Positions 1 through 11,394 of a stretch of 64,000 nucleotides of DNA are shown here, piece after piece. Source of the stretch: Octopus sinensis (taxonomy: Eukaryota). Both the position numbers and the translations under genes were made by a program. Below the pieces are notes generated by a model. That model worked only from the letters and a program-made list of their open reading frames with translations. It did no database searches and was not told where the DNA came from. The stretch lies in NCBI RefSeq assembly GCF_006345805.1, contig NC_043004.1, positions 88,102,001-88,166,000 on the forward strand, in the 5' to 3' direction. How positions within the stretch are numbered: the stretch's first letter is position 1; each line of letters opens with the position of its first letter.

Positions 1-285
1 TAATAATAATATAATAATAATAATAATAATGATGATGATGATAATAATAACAACAATAATAATAATAGTAGTAATAGTGATAATGGTGGTGGTAGTTGTA
101 GTATATTTAGCATGTAAACATAATTCTACACCTGTCAATTGACAATGCTTGTACACCGCCCAGGAACCGGGAGGTGCACCTGGTAGTGCGATAGAATTCG
201 TATTGAAACTGCTGAAATATGATGGTATTGATGATGATGATAGATGATAATGACTATGGAAATAATAACACTAATAATAGTAGCA

Positions 286-322
<37 letters not shown>

Positions 323-530
323 CAGCAACAGCAGCAGCAACAGCAGCAGTAGTAGCTGCAATGATGATGATAATGATGGTGATGGTAGTGGTGATGGTGG
401 CGGTGATGATGATGATGATGATGGCGGTGGTGATGGTGGTGGTAATGATAATGATTATGATGATGATGAGGACGATGATGATGGTGATGAAGATGATAAT
501 AATAAAAATAAGAAGAATAAGAATAAGAAT
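1..530. repeat. Compound trinucleotide microsatellite (TAA/GAT/AGT/AGC/GGT)
   Basis: Directly visible tandem triplets; explains the poly-N/S/D/M ORFs at 219-569. Confidence 0.95.
125..215 (+). mobile_element. Possible 3' tip of an R4/Dong-like retrotransposon
   Basis: gcac..ggtagtgc..aaactgctgaaata resembles the 3' end of the element at 1760-1815 (gcac..ggtagtgc..aaactactgaata) and lies in triplet repeats. Confidence 0.3.
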
Positions 531-1815
531 AAGCCCAAGGACACGATAAAATTCCTAACTTCTGGCTAAAATATTTAATAGGGTCTCACAAGCCACTGGC
601 AGAGGAGTTCAATTAGAGTCTGATGAAGCCAGAGGCAACACCTGAAGGGTTCACAGAAGTGGGTGAAAAAAAAACATCCTAATGTCCAAATCTGCCGAAA
701 CTACAAACTCACAAATCCACGGACCTGTAACTTGTAGCCATACAACATAGAAGACCTTTATTACAATATGGATAACAGAAATATCTAAATCAGAACAAAT
801 GAAAACTGATAGAAACAGCCTCGAAACATGAGTAAAACAAAAAGACCGTTCTCTGTATTCAAGGAAACCGAACAATACAAGGAAGAGTTCATAATACCTG
901 GTAACTATGAAGAAAAAGAAGAAACATAAAAAGCTGTAAAGCATCTAAAATCTAAGCTAAAACTGGAATTACAAAATTCCTTGATAAAATGATGGCAAGA
1001 AAAGTATTTACAAGCAATATTGGGATAAGCTAAACAGGAAAGAGTTTGACAAAAAAAGTTCGGGTCTCAAAACAAAAACCGAAGGGTTTTTAATTGCAGT
1101 ACATGATCAAAGCCTCCCCCATCAGAAATCAAGAAAAACACATCATGAAGAAAAATACAAGTGACTGCAGAATATGATGGGGATGAAACAATAATCCCAT
1201 TGTCTCTGATTGCCCATTTCTAGCCAAGAAGGAATAAACCCTCAAACATAACAGAAATGGGACTTATATACACTGGAGCTGTGCCAGCACTAGAGAATTA
1301 CAACAGGAAAAAGATGGTGCAGGCATGCCCCAGAGAAGGTCGCAGAAAATGACAAAGCAACCATACTCTGAGATATACCAATACACACAGATAGAAAGAT
1401 CAACGCCAGATATTGTTAGGGACCACAAAGAAAAATAAAATAAAACATAAAAATACCTTCTAATCAACATATCAGTCCCAACCGATGGCAATGTACCTCT
1501 AAAAGAAACGGAGAAACTCTTGAAATGCAAATAAATAAAGATAACCCTAATGTAGGGCTTGAAGACAAATAATTCATATAACAATAGGTGCATTAGTCAT
1601 GGTTAAAAGACACACGGACAAATACATAACCAAAATTCCGGCATGGATTTATATAACATAAAAAATAGTATTTCTAGGCACCACATCCTACATAAAGAAC
1701 TTTCAATGTAGTAAAAATAACAACGCCAAAACAAACCAGAGACCATACTGAGGGCACACAAAGCGGCTCTCGGTAGTGCAGTCAAAGCACGTAATAAAAG
1801 TAAAACTACTGAATA
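530..1815 (+). mobile_element. Decayed, internally deleted R4/Dong-clade non-LTR retrotransposon (RLE type)
   Basis: Hand translation across frameshifts gives an RT N-terminal segment (GHDKIPNFWLKYL..LAEEFN) and a C-terminal region (SGLKTKTEGFLIAVHDQSLP; CRI..IVSDCPFLAKKE; KATIL*DIPIHTDRKI; LLINISVP; ITIGAL). 3' UTR ends in an AAT tail. Confidence 0.85.
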
Positions 1816-1821
1816 ATATTG

Positions 1822-1945
1822 AGTGCAAATTTTGGCACAAAGCCAGTGATTTCGGGGGAAGTGGATAGTCGGTTATATCGACCCCAGTGCTCAACTAGTA
1901 CTTATTTTATCAACCCTGAAATGATGAAAGACAAAGTCAAGCTGG
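1822..1945 (-). mobile_element. tRNA-derived SINE family A (OK-like), partial, tail type cttgtgccaaaattt
   Basis: Matches body and tail of the full copy at 1950-2190 and others. Confidence 0.75.
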
Positions 1946-1949
1946 ACGG

Positions 1950-2270
1950 AACTTGTACTTATTTCTTTATTGCCCACAAGGGGTTAAACACAGAGGGAAA
2001 AACAAGGACAGACAAAAGGATTAAGTCGATTACATCGACCCCAGTGCGTAACTGGTACTTAATTTATCGACCCCGAAAGGATGTAAGGCAAAGTCGACCT
2101 GGGAGGAATTTGAACCTAGAACGTAAATACAGACGAAATACCGCTAAGTATTTCGTTCGGCGTGCTAACGTTTCTGCCAGCTCGCCGCCTTGTACTTAGA
2201 TCGTAAGAACAGTCGAAATGCTGCTAAGTATTTTACCAGGCGCGGTAACGATTCTGCCTGCACGCCGCCT
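1950..2270 (-). mobile_element. SINE family A (OK-like): full copy 1950-2190 plus adjacent 5' fragment
   Basis: Minus strand reads ggcggcgagctggcagaaacgttagcacg..ggtcgactttgcc..ggggtcgataaattaagtaccagt; more than 20 related copies in the window. Confidence 0.9.
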
Positions 2271-2276
2271 AAGATG

Positions 2277-2312
<36 letters not shown>

Positions 2313-2649
2313 ACTACTACTACTACACTACTACTACTACATACCAACAACAACAACAATAATATCAATAATAATAATAATATTTTTAAAAGGATTGACG
2401 TAACTCTTCACAAAGGTAAACAGTCAAGACGAAGAGCGCAATTCGATTGTATGATATTTTATTGGTTGAAAGATATTTCAACAGTATGTCTGTCTTTATC
2501 AAGTTCAAAATAAGAAGTGATAAAAATTCAAAATTATAGAAATTTAAACGTAAAGTAAGATAATACAGTTTATAATAATAATAAAATTATAACTTTAAAA
2601 CTGATGTCATTCCATCAACGTGCGGACGTTGGTTGCTCTCGTTCATACT

Positions 2650-2808
2650 CTACATTCCACTGGTTTCACTGGTACTTAATTTAACGACCCACAAAAGATG
2701 AAAAGCAAAGTCGACGTCGGCGAAATTTGAACCCAGAACGTAAAGACAGACGAAATACAGCTAAGCATTTCGCCCGGTGTGCTAACGATTCTGTCAGCTC
2801 ACCGCCTT
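2650..2808 (-). mobile_element. SINE family A (OK-like), 3'-truncated
   Basis: Same head and body; 5' flank is (TTA)n. Confidence 0.85.
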
Positions 2809-2809
2809 T

Positions 2810-2857
<48 letters not shown>

Positions 2858-2859
<2 letters not shown>

Positions 2860-3450
2860 GGAAAACTAAATCAGTATACCAAATCGCTTGTCCTATGGTT
2901 AATTTGGAAGCGCGTCCCCCAGGGAAGAGCCAGCCTGGGATCGAAAAGTCATCAACTGGCACAAACTCTTCTCCGAATACGGACATGGATGGTCACTTGA
3001 ACGGGAAATCCCCCAACTCGAGCCCTCCAAGTTCACCACCACAACCACCACAGAAAGAAAAATGCAAGCGGAACAAATGGACCCGAGAAGAGTATAAAGA
3101 AGTAATATACGCTTATTACTATGCATTAGGTAGGCCATCTCAAGAGAGACACACCGCAAACTCTTACAGTATAATAATAATAATAATAATATGCTCATGG
3201 GAACTGCTCATATCCTACGCAAAATACTTACTATGTAATCTCAAGGTTTAAAACAAACATAATTTTCGTTTTTATTTTATTTTATTTTTTTTAGGCATTC
3301 ACTAGTACAACACAAAAAAACCCAAATATATGGCACACTAGGCATAACAACAACGTGAACTTCCAACCTGTTGTCTCTTGAGGTTTCTGGGTGAGACTTG
3401 GAGCTAACTTGTACAAATATAAAGCAAAAGTCAAACATAGAATAATAATA
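2858..3450 (+). mobile_element. Internally deleted R4/Dong element (5' end + (ATA)n + 3' end), SIDE-like
   Basis: N-terminal RNKWTREEYKEVIYAYYYAL motif, then (ATA)7, then C-terminal LMGTAHILRKILTM* and 3' UTR; (TAA)n on both flanks. Confidence 0.8.
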
Positions 3451-3464
3451 ATAACGTATTTTTT

Positions 3465-3945
3465 TCTAATATAGGCACAAGGCTAGCAATTTTAGGAGGA
3501 GAGGTAAATTGATAACACCGACTTCAGTGCTCGATTGGTACTCTATGTTATCGATCTCGGAAGGCTGAGAAGCAAAGTCGACTTTGACGGCATTTGAACT
3601 ATGAACGTAAAAGCTGGAAGATGTGCCGCTAAACATTTTTCCGACGTCGTAACGATTTTGGTAACTCATAATAATAATAATAATAATAATGTTAATAATA
3701 ATAATGTTAATAATGATAATAAGGCTGATGATGATATTGATAATAACAAAGGATAATAATTACTTTGTCAAAAAGATAGATTATTTGTTTTTTGGAGAGG
3801 ATGATCGGTCATATCAACTCTAGAACATGATTTGATCGATTCTTGAAGGACGAAAGATAAAGTTGACCTGGATAGGATTTGAACGTAACTAAGTATTGCA
3901 AGGCATTTTGTCCAATGCACTATCTTTTCTGCTAATTCATCATCC
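3465..3945 (-). mobile_element. Two degenerate SINE family A copies separated by a TAA/GAT tract
   Basis: Body motifs aaagtcgactttgacggcatttgaact and gataaagttgacctggataggatttgaac. Confidence 0.7.
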
Positions 3946-4115
3946 TTTGGAAATATGAGAATCAAGGAAATAAACGTGATTCAGTGTGCTAAAATGATAG
4001 AACTAATCAAACGGAATGATCCGAAGATGTTAATTCAACTCGAAAATAAAATGGAAGCAATTAACACACTATGAAGCCAAATAGCAAGCTACACCATCAA
4101 TGTGGTAGACTGGGA

Positions 4116-4238
<123 letters not shown>

Positions 4239-4310
4239 TTTTAATACCGAACAAGTATCTTGACAAAATATAGACGAAGTCACTTAGCTTTTAGCTGACA
4301 ACCTGATGAT

Positions 4311-4344
<34 letters not shown>

Positions 4345-4347
<3 letters not shown>

Positions 4348-4541
4348 AGAGTTTACGAAAAAAACAAAAGATGAAGACAGGTGGTGTAGAAAACAAACAG
4401 ATGTATTAGTATAACGCTCAGGAATAGAAAAAGTCTTTTACGTTTCAAGCCTACGCTCTTCTACAGAAAGGGACAAGAAAAAACAAGAAGAGAAACAAGG
4501 AGAGAAAAAATGTGTGTAGTGGCTAACGATCTATCATGGCG
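4345..4541 (-). mobile_element. Non-autonomous hammerhead-bearing element (Penelope-like/retrozyme-like), family H1
   Basis: About 200 bp, aligns end to end with 11395-11692, 26957-27168 and 54258-54470; its 3' end abuts (TA)n. Confidence 0.75.
4434..4471 (-). ncRNA. Minimal type I hammerhead ribozyme motif, variant core CUGUAGA
   Basis: Minus strand: ccttt CTGTAGA A GAGC gtag GCTT GAA ACGT A aaaga. Confidence 0.5.
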
Positions 4542-4553
4542 ACTCATAAATAA

Positions 4554-4611
<58 letters not shown>

Positions 4612-5354
4612 GTATACCTTGTCAGAATAAAGGGAGTTGCACTGTATAATTTAAAATCGTATATTAAGTATTATAATTCAAATGAACTCTTTAAATACTG
4701 CATACAATGCACAAACGGAAACTACTAGATACGACAAGAAATAAAGGTTTCCACTAAATATATTGGGCTTTCAGATAAATTCGTTCGTTTTTTTCATTTA
4801 TCTTAATCCTAATTTTTTTTTATGTGTCTGAAAAAAGGTGAAATTTATTCATATCTAAAAAACGATAAACAAAAGTTATAGAAGAAGAATAGAACACCAA
4901 AAATAAACATAAAACACTACCATAAAATATTTTTCGTGTCAATTCAAATAACATTGAACAGAAACGAAGGAATTTATCTGGCAGTTCAATATAAAGAAAC
5001 GGAAAAATAGCTGAAATCGATGTTGCATCTAAATGTTCCTTATACACTACAGATACAACTCTGAACATGCATACACCGCAATGAGAACATACACACGAGA
5101 AAAATAAGTTCATGACTTAAAGTAAAAAACAAATCGATTTAGCGAATACAGCACAGGAACTGAAACTCTCTCCACGAACAATTTCAGTGAATGATTAAAT
5201 AATCTGAACTACAAGAAACCACAAAAACAACATTTAGTTCCCAAGATTACGACTGAAAGAGGAGGAAAATTTCAGTTCAGGATCAATGTCATCCAAATAG
5301 ATGATATTGTCAGAGGTATATTCTCTACCACAAAGGCCAGTTCTTGTGGTGTGG

Positions 5355-5580
5355 TGACTAATGTGCCTCAGTAACACAGAGCTATGTGCAAGCTACTAGT
5401 AGGGTCTCTCATGCTGGACAGGTCAAAGAATAGGGGCCAGACTAATATTGGCCATCTCTATCCAGAAGAAAAAATGGTTTGAACAGGGCCAGCCTAGAAA
5501 AATCGCTACAGAAGCATCGATGACAATTCGAAACAAACAAGGCCGGTAGAAAAGACAGCCAAGAGAAAATTCGTCGATGA
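5355..5580 (+). mobile_element. Possible degenerate 5' UTR of an RTE-clade LINE
   Basis: gggtctctcatgctggacaggtcaaagaataggggccagactaa resembles RTE/Expander-type 5' UTRs as recalled; not verified. Confidence 0.3.
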
Positions 5581-5669
5581 CCTATGCCCTATAGGGAAAG
5601 AAGGGCTTAAGTAAGTAGGTAGGCACGTAGGTAGCTAGGTAGGTGAGTAAGTAAGTAAATTGGTAAGAG

Positions 5670-5975
5670 ATGGACTCTTTCGTCGAAGACGACGTACGTG
5701 TGTTCAGTTTTTGCCGAAGGACCTGCATAAATGATTTGTTAATAATAATCAAAAGTTCGTGGCGCACATTAGCTCGCTTCCTTTCTCCATCAAATCGACG
5801 TTGTCTGAATACGTGCTCGGCGCATCACGCGTCAGATGTCGAAGCCATCGCAGAGCAACGTGAGAGGAAATGCTATGCTCAAGAACACAACGAACCATCC
5901 GGTCTAGGAATTGAAACCACGATCTCGTAGTCGTGAGTGCAATACCATAACCACTAGACCATGCTCCCTAGTAAG
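5670..5975 (-). mobile_element. tRNA-derived SINE family C, degenerate
   Basis: Minus strand has an A box (tggtctagtgg), a B box (gtggtttcaattcc) and gttcttgagcatagcatttcc; paralog at 18020-18318. Confidence 0.75.
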
Positions 5976-7189
5976 TAAGAGGTGTGTTATAAAGCACAAT
6001 ATCAAGTCGGAAGACGGCATGTGTGGAAGATTTGGTCAGACCTTGGTTACACACACACGCAAGCACACACTCACACGCAAGCACACACTCACACACACAC
6101 ACGCACACATCAAGTTAAATGCTCCATATTTGTCATATCAGTCTATAGCAGAAGACATGGCTGGATTAAACAGGCCTCAAAGACCAAAGCAAAAAATGAA
6201 AATCAGGGTGCGATTATCTGGTATATAAAAGTACATACAGTGATAAGACGAACAGTCTCCATAACCTTGTAACATTCAAGAGGTCTAGATCTTGTACACG
6301 AATTGAAGGGTCTTGCCAAAATGACAATATCATCTCGATAAAGGAGGATGAAAAATTCTCAGGATAAAGAATTAACGAATTTCGGGAAAACCGTCAAAAA
6401 ATATAAAGTCCAGAAAACAGCATTCTGCTAGGTACATGTATTCCGTGTCAAAATCTATACAGTAAAGAGATGTTTATAACCAAATCTACTTTAATTTAGA
6501 GCTGCGGAAAGGTTCCATCATTGGATTACGTGTACCACAAGTAGTATAGTAATAGGAGAACATACAATAGTGAAGCCTTTCGTGCGTTTTGACATTTGTT
6601 TTTGACTTTGCTGTGTTTTGATTATAGCCGCAATGGGAGTATTACTCTAAACAAAGTTGTAACACCTTTAAAAGACAATAGGAAAAATCCGCATTTACAG
6701 GAGGTATTTGATTGCTACTTCAGAGTCTCAAGCAGCAAACTTAGTTTACTTTTCAGCTGCTGGTAGCATCACTTAATTAAAACATCAAATAACTACTTTA
6801 ACTATTTAAGTCAATCAGTTAAAATTAATGTTTCCTACTGAGAATATAAATAAGAGTTTCCGAATCTGTTGTTTCTCTCTTTGTGTTTGATAGAGACGAA
6901 TTCACGGCTATTGGCTAACGCTCTGCATTTTAAACAGATTAAAACAATCAAATGTTAAAGTGTTTTCCATAATTACACATCTTAAATTTACTACTCAACC
7001 GAATTGTAATTCCTATAGCATAAGAGTTTCAACGAAAGATACTTGGTTGAAAACTGGATTCTGATTATCCATGTTTCGTACTAAAGAAACCAACACCTCT
7101 TTCTTAGACATTTCTTCCTTAGATTTCTCGAACAGTGCGGTGTTCTGGTTCAAATCCACATCTTAAATAAGTGCTAAATATGATAGGAT

Positions 7190-7560
7190 CTGCAAATATC
7201 AGGACATGACTGATGTGGCACTTGTCAAAGGATGATACGCGGCTCCATTCCCTATTGAAATCAGTTGCTGCAGTTTCCTAGCGAGATCAATGCACTATTT
7301 TCTGCAAAAGATTGGTTTGTAATCCGAACAACTGAAAAAACCCCCACTAAGTGAGTAAACATGACAGCTGAAATCTGTTCAAGGTGGTTGTGGTTGATAA
7401 GGCATCGCAGGTGGAGCACTTTTGTAGGCGAAGACTAATTCAGTCCTCGTTGCTGTACTCAGACTGGGTGACCCTGTGATACATACTGGCGATACAGAAG
7501 GGCCTTGAACGTTGCACTAGCTTTAGTCATCACTAGGACAACAGTTTGTAATTTAAGCAG
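7190..7560 (+). mobile_element. 3' end of a HERO/NeSL-like RLE retrotransposon, decayed
   Basis: From 7194: KYQDMTDVALVKG*YAAPFPIEISCCSFLARSMHYFLQKIGL, resembling the KY..L..GW..PVEVGCRGF..S..L..LG motif; followed by a ctgggtgaccctg..catcact UTR-like tract. Confidence 0.5.
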
Positions 7561-7569
7561 CTCCAGGAT

Positions 7570-7745
7570 GCCGAGTGCTGGCAGAGTCGTTAGCACGCCG
7601 GGTAAAATACTTAGCGCTGAAGTCGACTTTGCCTTTTACCCTTTGGAGGTTGATAAAATAAGTACCGGGTGAGCACTGGGGTCAATGTAATCGACTTAAC
7701 TCCTCCCACCAAATTGCTGACCTTGTGCTAAAATTTGAAACCAAT
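7570..7745 (+). mobile_element. SINE family A (OK-like) with internal deletion
   Basis: gagtgctggcagagtcgttagcacgccgg..gtcgactttgcc..ccttgtgctaaaatttgaaacc. Confidence 0.85.
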
Positions 7746-7925
7746 TTAAGTAACTCCTATATTTTCTGCTTGGAACAAAGCATCTCTAATGTTTATCCCC
7801 TCCCATCAAAATAAAAGAAAAGAAAAATGGATTTCCAGAGAATGTTAACAGAAGGCGAAGTAATTGGAAAAAGAGAATGGGAAAACAAAGGATTACATAA
7901 ATGGATAATATCAGAAACTAGACAT

Positions 7926-8323
7926 GCGCAGGAGTGGCTGTGTGGTAAGTAGCTTGCTTACCAACCACATGGTTCCAGGTTCAGTCCCACTGCGTGGCAC
8001 CTTGGGCAAGTGTTTCTACTATAGCCTCGGGCTGACCAAAGCCTTGTCAGTGGATTTGGTAGACTGAAGCTGAAAGCATCCCGTCGTATATATGTATATA
8101 TATATATATATGTATGTGTGTGTTTGTGTGTCTGTGTTTGTCCCCCTAACATTGCTTGACAACCAATGCTGGTGTGTCTACGTCCACGTAACTTAGCGGT
8201 TAGGAAAAAGAGACCGATAGAATAAGTACTAGGTATACAAAGAATAAGTCTTGGGGTCGATTTGCTCGACTAAAGGCGGTGCTCCAGCATGGCCGCAGTC
8301 AAATGACTGAAATAAGTAATGAG
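7926..8323 (+). mobile_element. tRNA-derived SINE family B (OR-like, CORE-like centre), full length
   Basis: A box tggctgtgtgg, B box ggttcagtccc, ggcaccttgggcaagtg CORE-like motif, central TA/TG microsatellite, tail gcagtcaaatgactgaaa; about 20 copies or halves in the window. Confidence 0.9.
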
Positions 8324-8924
8324 TATGCTTAAAATATACTGAACACCTAAGGGCAGAAGAAGAAGGACCGTAATGGCAGATGAAACCAGCACGAGCAAGT
8401 TATGGTTGAAGAGACACTGCAGAGAGAACCATTCTGGAGGCGAAGGCCAATTCACTCCTCGCTGCCCCACTCAGACGAAATGCTTGTGGCTTTTAGATAT
8501 CTGCTGATGATACGGAAGGGCTACCAAGGAGGCAATGGATTTAGTTACCATTAGGAGAAACGGTTACAATATCTTTAACTAGCTCTTGTAGTTTCTGCGT
8601 AGGTATTGTATTTCAGATGTTTCTTTTACCCGAACTCAGAGGTTAGTTTTTGTACAGCAAATTTATCCGTATGTGGCTTAACACACCTCAGCCTTACGTT
8701 CAATATTCCCTTGAGATTGACACTGACTTTTACCCATACAGAGCCAATAAAAATGAATATCAATAAATAATGATAATATAACACACGGGTATTATTAGAT
8801 CAATCAGTTTCACCAGTTTCCGGGATAATAAGGAACTTCTTTCCTAACCCGAACTAAATAATAATGATTGCTTCAAATCTTACACGCAATTTGCAATTAT
8901 TTTTTCCCCTTCCGGATGCTTTTG

Positions 8925-9109
8925 CACCACCGGCGCCGCCGCCGCCACCACCACCACCACCACCACCACCACCACCACCACCACCACCACCACCACCACA
9001 CCACCACCACCACCACCACCATCACCTCTACTACAACAACAACTACTACTACTACTACTACTACTACTGCAACAACAACAATAACAACAACAACAACAAC
9101 AACAACTAT

Positions 9110-9145
<36 letters not shown>

Positions 9146-9284
9146 AACTACTACTACTACGACGACGACGACGACAACGACAGCGACTTTCACCATAACC
9201 ACTATTGCTAGTACCACCACCACAAGCACCAGCACCACCACCAGCAACACTAGCGCGAGAGAAACACCACCAACACCAACAACT

Positions 9285-9344
<60 letters not shown>

Positions 9345-9345
9345 T
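8925..9345. repeat. Compound (CCG)/(CCA)/(CTA)/(CAA)/(CGA)/(CTG) microsatellite
   Basis: Direct; source of poly-P/H/T/Y ORFs. Confidence 0.95.
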
Positions 9346-9829
9346 TTCTATTTTCATTTGCTATGATATGATATCTCTCTTCTGATAGTAGTGTTACTGA
9401 CAAGACACACCGCTGTTATCACTGTTATTGCCGCTGTTGCCATTAATAATGCTGTAACCATTACTATTTCCTGTTTTTCAACTATCCGCTTGCCAGGCGA
9501 AAGATCCTCGCCACCAGACAGCAGACCCTCCTTCATCCCATATATTTTAAGATTTTTCACTCATTCTGTCAACTACAGAGCTCTTTCGTTTATTCTTTGT
9601 GTTATTTTTTTAGGTTGTATTTTTTATAATTTTGTTCAGTTATTTATTCCCCCTCCCGCCCTCCTCACCTATAACTGCCTTGATTTTGTATTTCATTCTA
9701 TAATTTTTACTGCTTCTTGATCCACCTTTGCTAGCACGTGACCTCGTTCTGGGTTCTGACGTTAAGCTTAAACTGACGGCAGATTACTGCATGTAAGTTT
9801 TATTAACACACGAAATGTGTCACCAGTGA

Positions 9830-10600
9830 CGACAACAACAACAACAACAACAGCAGAAACAACAACAACAACAACAACAACAGCAGAAGCAATAACAATG
9901 ACGTTATCATCGACATCAGCAGCCACAACAACAACAACAACAAAAACCATCATCAACAACGACAGCGATGGCAGCGTTTCTATCGGCATCTTTATAATAA
10001 TCATGGACGCCATCATCAGCAAGTATAACAAATCGTTTTGGTGCAAAAATAAATGAATAACTAAAATAAAAATTTTCACTGTTGCTGCAAAAAGAAAGAA
10101 ACAAACAAAAGAACGAAAACTGGAACATTAGAAGCCACAGTAACAACAGCAATAAATACAATACAATATTCTAAACTTCGACAGCAACAATAACAACAAA
10201 ATCAACAGATGATGATGATGATGCTGATGATAGCAATTGCAATAATAAAATAACACACTTAAAATACCAACAAGAGCAATAAAAACAACAGCATCATCAC
10301 TAGCAGCAATACAAACATCAATAAGTACAGAAATGATAACAACAACAACAGCAACAACAATAGCAAGAAGCCAACTCAACGCCAACAAGATTACTAATTG
10401 TATCAACAAGTCTGAAATGAATAATAAAATATTTAAACCATCAACTACGGCATAGACAATAACAAGACACATTAAGAAAAACCGACAATAAAATTAACAA
10501 CAACAACAACAGCAACAACAACAGCAACAACAATGGCATCACCACCATCAACAAGAACAAGAACAAGTAAATAATAAGAATAACAATGAGAAATTACTTC
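9830..10600. repeat. Degenerate (CAA)n-rich low-complexity field
   Basis: Direct. Confidence 0.85.
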
Positions 10601-10944
10601 ATATTGCCGGCAACCATTCAAATAAAGTTTAGCGAGTTTGTTAATTCATTTTGGCTTTAACACATTAATACAAATCTTTCACAACAACCACGACAACAAC
10701 GAGAAGAACAGCCATGTTTTTAATCTTTAGTCTGACAAAGATTGCTACGAATCCAAACATTTGACATCCTGTAAAGCCCCGGATACATCCAACATGACAT
10801 AACTGATTTGATATACGCAGTTAACAGATTTAATGTCAGACATCGAAGTGAGGGGTCTGATACAAAATCATATTCTGACACACAAGGGGCAGATAATGTT
10901 TTTCTCTGCTATTCTTTAACAACGTTTCATATTACAACCAAGTT

Positions 10945-11115
10945 GAAGGCGACCAACTGGCAGACATTATGTTTTTAGTTCAAACACTGCTAAGGTCGAC
11001 ATTACCTTTCATCCTTTCGAGGTGAAGAACCTAAGTACCAGTTGATCACTGGATTCAATGCAATCAATTTCTCTTTCCCTCAAAATTGCTAGCCTTGTAC
11101 CAAAGTTTGAAACAA
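10945..11115 (+). mobile_element. SINE family A, degenerate
   Basis: ggtcgacattacctttcatcctttcgaggt..agtaccagttgatcactgg..ccttgtaccaaagtttgaaac. Confidence 0.7.
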
Positions 11116-11154
11116 TATTATGTCCGGATGGTTGTAATAAGTAATAAGTACTCC

Positions 11155-11216
<62 letters not shown>

Positions 11217-11227
11217 TATTATTATTA

Positions 11228-11261
<34 letters not shown>

Positions 11262-11392
11262 CATTATCATCATCATCATCATCATAATCATCATCGTCAT
11301 CATCTTCATCATCATCATCATTATCATTATTATTATTATATTATTATTATTATTATTATTACTATTATTATTATCATTATTATTATTATATA
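11155..11392. repeat. (ATT)/(ATC)n microsatellite
   Basis: Direct. Confidence 0.95.
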
Positions 11393-11394
11393 TA

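Noticed and set aside
5355-5500. Possible HDV-like ribozyme in an RTE-type 5' UTR
   Set aside because: I could not build the nested double pseudoknot by hand from this degenerate copy.
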